The notes under the pieces: model-generated
The model's input: only the letters and a program-made list of their open reading frames with translations
Database searches by the model: none
What the model was told of the DNA's origin: nothing
Part shown: piece by piece, positions 22,755-32,459 of the stretch
How the letters are laid out: each line of letters begins with the position of its first letter
How positions within the stretch are numbered: the first letter of the stretch is position 1
Source of the DNA: Macrostomum lignano
Taxonomy: Eukaryota
Assembly (NCBI GenBank): GCA_002269645.1
Contig: NIVC01003169.1
Location: forward strand, 1-41,333
DNA length: 41,333 nt
Direction: 5' to 3'
Position numbers and translations under genes: made by a program

Positions 22755-23726
22755 ATGAAAGTGTCAACTTATCTGTGCCTTTGCTTCCTGACTCTTGCTG
22801 GCACATTGCTTGGAGGTAAGATTCAAAGCAATCACACGATTGCAAGGCTTCAGTGTAATCCTGCTTATTAGACACCTGTGATCCACCCCATGCACTGAGA
22901 ATCACCCCTGATCCACCCCAGACACTGAAAATCACTCCTGATCCGACCCGGACTCTAAGAATCATTCCTATTAACTCATTCCCATTAATAGATCTGCTAA
23001 TGTTTGCTTAACTAATAGATGATTTTGAACTTTTCGAAAATACATTTTTGTTTTTTAAATATTGAATATATTATAAATGGAAAAAGTTAATTTAAAAATA
23101 ACTGCAACATACGCAAGCAGTAGAGTTTAAATAAAATACAACACGGTTATATTATCGATCTTAGGTAAATGACCCTATTGATAATACATGTATGATTATA
23201 CCAAACAGACACAGTCATCAACTTAACTATTTAATGCATTTCAACATTCAAAATTGCAACTGCAACACCCGAAAACACAGAAGCTGCAGCCAGAGGCGGT
23301 CGTGGCGCCAGTTGGTCATCCTCCTCCTACAGCTCGTACAGGTCCTCAACATATTCACATTCATCATCCCATGACTCTAGTGGCGACAGTGGTTACTCTT
23401 CAGCTGACGTCCTCCTGATCTCATTGCCGTTGGCAAGTGTTTCAATTCTGCTGACTCCAGTTATTATCCTTTGCTGTTGTAAGCACTGTTACTGCTGTCA
23501 TAAGCACTGCCACAATGAAGAGTATCTGGAGAGGCCGCGGAACCGGGAGACCACTGTGACAGATGTGCCGGGAGCTGCAGCAGCAGCCAGCAACTCATCT
23601 CCCCCCTACCCAGCTGACGCGCAGCACAGGCCCAGCAGCATCGACAACCCGGAGCCGTCCACTCCGCCGCCCACCTACGAGTCTTTTATCCGCGAAAGCG
23701 GGCCGTATGTAGAAAGCGATGTCTAG
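22755..23726 (+). CDS. Small type I membrane protein, ~168 aa, 2 exons: signal peptide, RGGRG plus Ser-rich ectodomain, TM helix, Cys/His cluster, PPxY tail
   Basis: Exon 1 22755-22815 (MKVSTYLCLCFLTLAGTLLG, donor G|GTAAGA). Exon 2 23281-23726 after ACACAG; an in-frame alternative acceptor at 23289 is also possible. Phases match; the product reads EAAARGGRGASWSSSSYSS...VLLISLPLASVSILLTPVIILCCCKHCYCCHKHCH...PPPTYESF...SDV*. Confidence 0.75.
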
Positions 23727-24542
23727 GGTAGTCTATGCTTGACACACTCGTATCTTGGTACTGGCAGCTTTTAGCAGAACCTGGCTGCCCTCGAAGGGAT
23801 AAACCAAGGGCACTGTGTCCCGATGCTACTGGCAGGTGGCATTGAATCAGAGCATTGAATCTACACCCATGTCAGAATCCTAGGGCCGCCAAATAAGCAA
23901 TTTCCGAACGAATTAGTCAACCAAAAAGCTTCCATTGGATTAATTTATTGTTCACTTTGTTAGTTACAGATTCCCACACACTTGCTAGTCGCTTTCTACA
24001 TGCTGGACTTTGCACTTTGGACCGAATAGCAGGTGGGTGTTTATCCAAGGCAGCCAGAAGCACACTTTCATGGTTCTGCGTCATTCTCTGGTGCTCTTCT
24101 TTGATAGAGTTTGCTTACAAAATTTCTTTTGAGTCTTTGGGAAGCATTCCAAGAAGCGGTGATTTCAGCTACGCTCGTTTTCAGTAGTTAGTGCGCATAT
24201 TTGTCAGTAGTTGAAAACGAGCATTAAATTACCTTTTTATTTAGCTGTGTCAGCGTAAGACTTAGTATGCCTTTGCATGACCAGTGTAAGATTATAACCA
24301 GCAGAGTGAGTCAGAGAGAAAGCAATCGTCTATACATTTTCCAGGGTCAGAAGGCTGTTGGACAGCAGTGTATTTTTAAAGAAAACTAAAAAGTTGGCTC
24401 AAAATAGCGGACCCACCCCTCTACACAATTCTGCGGCAGAGCCCCTCCCCGGGCTGATCCGCGTCTAGCCTAGCTAGACTCCCCGTTTAACGACAAACAA
24501 CAATGTAGACCGGGTTAGTTGAATATGGTTTAAGCAGACAAG

Positions 24543-24840
24543 TATTGATTTTGTCAGCCTAACTGAGAATAAAGCCATCCAAAGTGAGAATCCTGCCTAC
24601 GCTGACTGCGAAGGGCCTGGCTGCGTGCAGCCTTAGTCTATGGGCCATAGACAATAAAGGACAAGCAAAGTGATAAAAAGCCATCCAATGTGAGAATCGA
24701 TGGTCTTTTAAAACTTTGCTTGTCCTTTATAGTCTATGGCTCATAGACTAGGCTGGACGCAGCTAGGCCCTTCGCAGTCAGCGTAGGCAGGATTCTCACT
24801 TTGGATGGCTTTATTCTCAGTTAGGCTGACAAAACCAATA
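24543..24840. repeat. ~300-bp palindrome (arms ~130 bp, spacer ~40 bp); likely MITE/foldback element
   Basis: TTTTGTCAGCCTAACTGAGAATAAAGCCATCC... matches ...GGATGGCTTTATTCTCAGTTAGGCTGACAAAA in reverse complement. Confidence 0.9.
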
Positions 24841-24969
24841 GTACACAAACGGCAGAAACAACAAAATAATACACAGAATCAAAGCAAGGGAAAGCAGCTA
24901 GCGTCTGCTCTGCTAAAAATTTTAGCTGCGTTATTTTATTGCGATTAAAATAGATTTTTTCGTCCATGT

Positions 24970-25098
24970 CCATAGACTACTGACGATTAGTTTTCAGCAG
25001 TGCAAGCGAACATTTGTCCCCGATTCATTTTTCGGGTGTCATTTTCTATGCATTAGCTGAATGGGGAGTGGCCTATCTAGTGTATATTAGATCTATGG
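24970..25098. mobile_element. Candidate ~130-bp mini-element bounded by CCATAGAC...ATCTATGG
   Basis: Inverted terminal motif only (one mismatch); no other support. Confidence 0.35.
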
Positions 25099-25178
25099 TC
25101 TGGACTAAGTTTTCTGCATGCGGCCCAAAGTCTGATAAATGTATTTTTGTACATTTTCTGTAAGTTTAAAAGTTGGAG

Positions 25179-25839
25179 CTGAGTCTTCAGTGCTGCCCTC
25201 AGCACACCTTTTTGAGTCTTCAGTGCTGCCCTCAGCACACCTTTCTGAGTCTTCAGTGCTGCCCCTCAGCACACCTTTCTGAGTCTTCAGTGCTGCCCCT
25301 CAGCACACCTTTCTGAGTCTTCAGTGCTGCCCCTCAGCACACCTTTCTGAGTCTTCAGTGCTGCCCCTCAGCACACCTTTCTGAGTCTTCAGTGCTGCCC
25401 CTCAGCACACCTTTCTGAGTCTTCAGTGCTGCCCCTCAGCACACCTTTCTGAGTCTTCAGTGCTGCCCCTCAGCACACCTTTCTGAGTCTTCAGTGCTGC
25501 CCTCAGCACACCTTTCTGAGTCTTCAGTGCTGCCCTCAGCACACCTTTCTGAGTCTTCAGTGCTGCCCTCAGCAAACCTTTTTGAGTCTTCAGTGCTGCC
25601 CTCAGCAAACCTTTTTGAGTCTTCAGTGCTGCCCCTCAGCAAACCTTTCTGAGTCTTCAGTGCTGCCCCTCAGCACACCTTTCTGAGTCTTCAGTGCTGC
25701 CCTCAGCACACCTTTCTGAGTCTTCAGTGCTGCCCTCAGCACATTTTCTGAGTCTTCAGTGCTGCCCCTCAGCACACCTTTCTGAGTCTTCAGTGCTGCC
25801 CCTCAGCACACCTTTCTGAGTCTTCAGTGCGGCACCTTT
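25179..25839. repeat. 33-34-bp minisatellite (~19 copies) with an internal hairpin
   Basis: Unit CTGAGTCTTCAGTGCTGCCC(C)TCAGCACACCTTT; GTGCTG/CAGCAC inverted pair in each unit. Confidence 0.96.
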
Positions 25840-26427
25840 GATGTTAATGTTTTATACCAGCTATGTTTTATTACAAAATCTCGTCTTAAAAAAATTTTAA
25901 TGGTGTAGTCGGAATGCATGTTTTCTAAATTGTCGAGTAGCCTTAGCTGAAATATTGTAGCCAATTGAACTGTATGTTTAAAGTTTTCACAACTAACCAT
26001 AATGATGTGTACATGAAAATACGCACCTGCTACAATATTTTTATCTTGTGTCAGGAGTTATTACAATTTTTACTAACCAATTAATAAATCGATGCTTGCC
26101 TGCCTGTTTGTTTTGCTGGCTAACTTCTGACGCATTTCTTTTAACATTTTTATTACCCTTTTGTTATTATTGACCTTGGTGCTGGCGCCTTCACGTAACT
26201 GGCGCCTCTAGCTACTTAGCCTTCATGCACGAAGTATTGTCATCACGTGACCTTTTGTTATTCTACCTGTATCTGGTCCTGTTCATGTCACCAAATAAGA
26301 TAAGCTGTGTGCAGTAGAAATAGATTTGCAAATTGTGCAACTGTTGTTCCCATTGCTTACCCTGTACTAATCTCTGCACGAAACACAATAGCATTTAGAG
26401 TACACAAAAAGCGCTAGTTTCTACTAA

Positions 26428-26480
26428 CGGTTTTTTGGTTTACGGTTTTTTGGTTTACGGTTTTTTGGTTTACGGTTTTT
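26428..26480. repeat. 15-bp tandem repeat, ~3.5 copies
   Basis: ACGGTTTTTTGGTTT repeated. Confidence 0.85.
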
Positions 26481-26807
26481 TCATTTATGGCAGATGAGCG
26501 CTCTTTAATATCTTTCACTCTCTGCAATACTTTTAAATCGTAATCGAAATTCACGTCACATCCTATGTCGACGGTATGGAACGATTTCGGGCCACGAGCA
26601 AATTGGATAAAATGATGACTACATAGCTGCTCGTGTCCCACGCGGGCGAATTTGCTGCTTTCAATTCTTTTTTATCTATGGCCAAGCTTCTCAGGCGTAA
26701 AACCTGATAAAATCTCCCCCCACCACCAAAAAGTGTGTCGAGTTTTGGCCATACATGTAGATAGCCAGAATCGGTTGAATTTGCTGTTAGTTAGCAGTCA
26801 AGTGGGA

Positions 26808-27123
26808 CGGGACGGGAGGGGGTTCACAAACTCGAAATTTCCCAACGTCGAAAGCACCTTCTTTCACAAGATCGAAATTTCACAAGGTCGAAATTTCAGA
26901 ACATCGAAAACTCAAATAGCAACCACTTTCACAAAGTCGAAACGTCACAAGCTCGAAATTTCACAACGTAGAAAACTACTGTATGGTTATTGTTATATTA
27001 AATTTTCGACGTTGTGAAATTTCGAGCTTCTGAAGTTTCGACCTTGTGAAAGTGGTTGCTATTTGAGTTTTCGATCTTGTGAAATTTCGACCTTGTGAAG
27101 TTTCGACCTTGTGAAAGCACCCC
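26808..27123. mobile_element. Foldback-type insertion (~316 bp) built from 15-bp subunits, inserted into another repeat
   Basis: Arms 26861-26975 and 27003-27117 are reverse complements made of TCGAAATTTCACAAG-like units. Flanked by AGTGGGA at 26801 and 27124; the uninterrupted host copy is at 18834-18860. Confidence 0.8.
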
Positions 27124-27823
27124 AGTGGGATGAGATACACGGGAGTTTAAATCGATGGGGCAAGACAGAGCAAATAAAGATCTTCTTCGGGTCACTTAGT
27201 ATCCGTGGGCATGACTGTTTGCATCCCCACAGGCTGTTGCCTTTATTGAGCCAATTAACTAATAGTCTATAAACATGTAATACTATATTAGAAGACTTAT
27301 TATTAATAGAAGTTAATATTGCTATAAGATGGATTTGTGCAAAGTACAGAAAGTCTGAAAATTAACTTTGACCGCAGCTGACCTATATAACTCGGCGAAA
27401 TAAATTACCGAATAGAAACAAGAAGTTCTACTTGGTCAAGTTCTATTAAGTAAAAAATCTATAAAAAAATGCAATATTCAATTCAGCACGAACCTTATTT
27501 ACGCATAGTTTCAGCAAGTTATGAGCTAAAGTGACAGGAGAATCCACATATTATTCCGCTGTTTTTGTTGCCTTCTGCACCAATCAACTAAATGCCAGCT
27601 GTCACAGCTTGCATCGCACAGCGACCGAGTCAGTGGAATCGCAATATGATTGTGCTAGAACAAATATATAGCTAGTTAAGCTCCTTTAGGCAGCAGATGT
27701 GGGTCAAAATCTTCTGCAAGGTCATGTGGACAAGTGGCCAGTTAAAGTCCTAAAGCAGCCGGCTGTGACACAACCTCAGTGTATCTGCTGCCGAGAACGA
27801 GACCAAGACAACAAGCCAAACTA

Positions 27824-30800
27824 ATGAGCCGAGTGGCCAGGGAATTCTGCAGCTTTTTGTCCGCATTCCTAGCCGGTTTGTGCCTGGCGCTCGCAATCCA
27901 CCAGTTTGTCTACCTTGCTTCTTACACAACGGATGCTCAGGTAGCCTCAGGTGCCGACTGCTACGCTCGAGAGGGCGGCTGCTCTCTTAACGCCAAGGTT
28001 GACTTGAAGTCGAAACACAGAGACGCAAAATCTGACAATGCGTCACAGATCAGAATCTTCTGCTGGATTATGGTACCATACATGATGCCTCTAATGACCA
28101 TGATGATCATAAATGAGTCCTGGGGTCCCAGATGCAACGGATTTGCTTTTGTGGCTCCTCGGATAGCCGTTGGTGATCTGAATTTGCCACTAATTGGTAA
28201 GTTACGCTTGCCTACAGTAAGGCCTTAAATTTTTATTGTATTTTGAATTTTGATTTCTGCTGTCAAGATAGTACAGGACATTTGAAAATTCTTGTCACTT
28301 GTAGCAGACTTTTTGATGCATGGGATTTTCAATTTATTTCAGGTTTAATTTATACTTGTGTCAGAAGAAGACATGAAGGGCACTTTAAGTTATTACTTAA
28401 ACAAATTGATATTCACTGATTTTTCTGTTCAGATAATAAAATGAATGAGCTTGCTTAACTTTGTGTAAAATAGTGCAAAAATTGTGTGAAATAATTAAAA
28501 CTTCGACTTAGATCATGCCCTAGCTAAGCCCCAGTCTAGCATACGCACAGATTCTAAAATAACTAGGCCACTCAGGCATATCCTTAGTACGAGGTAAAAC
28601 AGCTTTCTACTTTCAGTTCAGTAGCAAAAACGAATAGATAAGCTATTTTATCAAAATAAAGGCAGCTGAAATGACTTTGATAAGTTTAGAAGTCCACAAG
28701 CTTACAGGCGTGAACAACTTGCTAATTGGTTAAACAGTAATGTACATTGGCCAGTCCACTGAAATGTACATGGCAGCTTTAGGCTGGAATTCCGATAAAG
28801 GCAGTAAAAATTCAGGCGGCCGGGCGGGGGTAGTGACTCAAGGTCCTTGGCTTTAAAAATGCACTAAAATTGTTCTGTTTACCTTACTACTGAACTGAAG
28901 TAGCTAACACGCAAGTGTGATGAGTGGCGCATCTAGTTATTCTAGTATCTGTGAGCATCCGCAAAAATAATAGCAGCTTGTCTTGTATGGTCATTTTTTT
29001 CAACAAAGAGACATAGCAGAAAAAGTGTTTTGTACATTTATTTTACTCAGCACAGATGCCATTGTAAATAACTATTACCCAAACACAGGGACGAGTCAAA
29101 ACGGTCATTATTACACCATTGAGCGACTCCACCCGCAGATTTTTTCGAATTGCTAGGTGCAGGCATACTGCTATGATTTTATTAAACTAATTAAAAATTT
29201 GAGTGCGCTCCGAAACATGAGTGCGCTAACTATATAATTTACCATGAAATTTGTACACGGGTTAAATGTACATTGAGGAGCAGCTGCGGAATAATGGCCA
29301 AAATCAATTGCTATTGCATCTGGGTGAAAGTATATATACACTGCATAAGCGTCCTATACTTACGAAGTTCTAGACCGCAATGTATAACAAACACCAATCC
29401 GCAGACGTGAACGCCCCAGCATTCGAGGCGAGCCAGTTTCACACGGTGGAATGGAAACGAATTTGGCTGTCAGCCTGGCAGCTGCATAGCAACGGAGCAG
29501 AGCAGAAATACGACTATTTCCTGCTGGTGCGCTCAAAAAACTACGTGGTTGTGGAAAATGCTCGCCGCATGTTGAGCAGCCTGGACCCCAGTAAGCCGTT
29601 CATGCTTGGCAGGCGGATGCAACGGAAAGTCATCGAACTCCAGGATGGTCAAGAGAGCTACGATGCCGACTACCTGACAGCGGACGCCGGTATTGTACTA
29701 TCGAATGGCGCCTTCGCCAAGATGGTGACGCTCGGATTCAGTGGCACCAGCTCTGATCCAGTCATCCGACTGAACTGCGGCTCGCATAGCGTGACCAAGT
29801 CCTACGATACCCAGCTGTGTGAGTCAGCTCACTCGGTCAATCGAATTTCCAGTCAGGTTCGAATCCTGATACTTACTTGCTAGCCTTTACCCTGCTAAAC
29901 AAATCCAAATAAGTATCGAGATTTATTATGTAAATTGGGTTTCTGCATTAACTAATCAGACCCCCAGATTCACAGGGGAGCGTTGATACAAGGTAGACTG
30001 ATAGGCAATGGAATTAAAGTTTTAGCTATCGAAACTCAGTAGGTGACTAATACTGATGTAACTTTTCTATTCTTTCTTTCTTTCATCCAAGTTTAGAGCA
30101 TGCGTAAAGTTGTCCAGCTATTTTGTAATCAAAGCAGTTCTCAGTACTAATTAGTAATATATTACAGCGGGAAATTATCTAAGGATAAATGTTGAAATTT
30201 TCAGCGGCCTGCCTGAAGAGCCTGGGCGTAGAAACGATGGACAGCCGGGACAGCCGCGGCCGGGAGCGGTTCCACCCGGTGCCGCCTGGCAACCTACTGG
30301 AGGACGGCCGAATGCCGGCCTGGCTGAGAAACGCCAGCTACTACAGACCGGTCCGAGCGGTACGGGTGCTCAGCGGGGGCAGCTAAAGTAGAAAGACCAA
30401 ATTTTTCCCGCACTAAATTCCCAGTACATACAAGTTTACCTCACCTTCTGGACTTTTAAATTCGAAAATGAAGCATGTATTTTTGTCTGATTTTTTAATT
30501 TCTTGGAAGCAGGGGACTGTGTGCACCCTGGAGCACTTTAAGCGACATTGTCACACAACCGGTAAAAGGCATTACTGCCCATTCCGCCGACTCCCCTGAG
30601 CAGGCACACAAGCGCACGGATATGTACGCAGTCATACGCAGAGGCACACACTCACAACTCACACAGGAGTGTACAGCGATCCTTATTTATCGTTAGGCAT
30701 GTACACTTCACTGTGCCTTAGGGGTTGGACCACAAGGTCGTTAATTGCACGAGCAGAGCCAAGCCGAGATTCCGATTCAGCTCCGAATTAATGTCACGGC

Positions 30801-31137
30801 ACTTGGAATCGAGCCTGCGTCGCTGGCACATAACGCCGTGCTGGACCACTGGGGATACTTCATCCTCATATTTGCCCAGTCCCATGTCATCTGATGAAGA
30901 TATGAGCTCGAGTAGAACAACTTTGAGCAGTGATTAAGTGGTTATCAGATTGAGAACGACCTTCTGCTTATTTTAGTGGCTGAATTACATGTAATACAAC
31001 TGAATTTAATTTTCCAGTGCCTGAGCTGTCCTAGTCCCGAGTCCGTCACCTTCTTCGACGTCACTGAGTTTCACAAGACCGACGCGCTGATTCGCCACAT
31101 GGGACCGGCGCTGCTTCCGTACAAGACGACAGTCTGA
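27824..31137 (+). CDS. Core-1 beta-1,3-galactosyltransferase (C1GALT1/T-synthase, GT31)-like protein lacking the DxD motif, ~353 aa, 4 exons
   Basis: Exons 27824-28196, 29405-29818, 30205-30359, 31018-31137 (1062 nt, phases consistent; the exon 2 acceptor is the least certain). N-terminal TM, RIFCWIM...WGPRCNGF, DYFLLVRSKNYVVVENARRMLSSLDPSKPFMLGRR, DSRDSRGRERFHP, SVTFFDV. Confidence 0.85.
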
Positions 31138-31210
31138 AGAGAGATGATCATTGCCTAAATGACTCATTCTGTTTGGGCTCATTTACAAGAATTTTGTATG
31201 TACTCAGCTG

Positions 31211-31510
31211 GGGTTTTAGCCGAGTGGTTAGAGGGTCGGACCCACGACTTGAAGGTGGGGGGGGATTCGATTCCCCATGGCACTGGAACAATTTGTTTCC
31301 TTGAGCATTGACTCTGCATTGCTTCAGTTCACCCAGCTGTAAAATGGGTGCCAGCATTAGCTGGGGTAGTTGAGGGTGTGTGGCGACCCCCCAGTCCTTG
31401 GACTGAACAGCCGTACGCAGCCTTCAGATGCACCGCGCAATAGCTGCGGCTGAGGTGTCGGTTGCACATCTGGCCCACTTGGGGCAGGTGTAATCAATGT
31501 TATTATCATT
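31211..31510 (+). mobile_element. tRNA-derived CORE-type SINE, copy 3
   Basis: Colinear match to copy 1 from the head to the GCAGGTGTAATCAA tail. Confidence 0.85.
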
Positions 31511-32459
31511 TCATTACTCAAGTCCCTTAGCTAATGCTCTATTCTCTACTCACTCAAGGCTCGAAATAAAAAAGCAGAACTCACGTGACAGATTGACCCG
31601 GGAGTTGACCCGAAGATACGGCCTCAACAGCCAAGCCTCGAAAACACTGATAATGAACGTCGCAGGCCCTTGCCTGAGGGCCTAAGATTTGAGCATTCTT
31701 CTATTAGTATAGGTTTTATGCTTGTTGTAAAGCGTGTTGTAAACTTGTTACACTAAGCATTAGGAGTTTTCTACTCGCACACTTTTAAGAATACATTTAA
31801 ACTTGTATATTTTGAGCATAGCGCAAAAATCTTTCCTTTGAATTTAATTATTCCATATTTTGGCATCTGTATTGCTACACTTTCAGTCTGGCAAGGACGT
31901 AAGATGGCCAACAATTAAATCCAACGTAGAACTGGGATTGTATTTAATCAATGGAAATTGGAACGAAATTTTAAGCAAAAGCGACATTGGCAAAATCGAC
32001 CATTATTTTGGCGGCAGATTTTCAGTCTGTGTCCAGTTGAATCATTTTGGATTAATTTAGACGAATAGTGAATTACAATCGCGATCAAAATTGAGTCATT
32101 TGATAATGAAAGAACCCAGGACATGCACTAGTGTGGACACTTGCAAAAGCTTACGGCAGTTATTTTACAGTGACTGACAAAATAAACTCATCAAGCCACA
32201 TATGAAAATTAATTGTTATAAAATTATCTACTTAGTAGAGCGTGACGTACATATCCATGTAGGCGTAAATTTTTTTTGTTTTTTTAGTCAGAAATATTTG
32301 TTTCTAGTTAATTGCGGTCGCAATCCAACTACATTGTATAATTTTTGTCAGCGCATTTCTGAGACTGAAATTAAACATAAAAAGTTGGAACCGCTGCTAA
32401 CTTGGCAAGCATGACAGTGTCTGTTGCGTATTGAAATAGGTTTGCACTAATTCAATCTT

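Noticed and set aside
25423-25642. Repeat-peptide ORFs or CRISPR-like hairpin repeats
   Set aside because: Pure tandem minisatellite without spacers; the frame shifts with 33/34-bp unit length.
26414-26641. ORF with KTVNQ repeats
   Set aside because: Short, driven by a 15-bp repeat, no domain or splice support.
29056-29156. Extra or poison exon in the GT31 gene ending in TAG (phase-compatible with an acceptor at 29373)
   Set aside because: The donor GTGCAG is weak, the peptide has no GT31 similarity, and direct 28196-29405 splicing gives the expected LPLIDVN spacing. RNA-seq could revive it.
30871-30891. SNF2 helicase motif I-like DDMGLGK on the minus strand
   Set aside because: Isolated 7-residue match without the following T or flanking conservation, inside an intron; likely chance.
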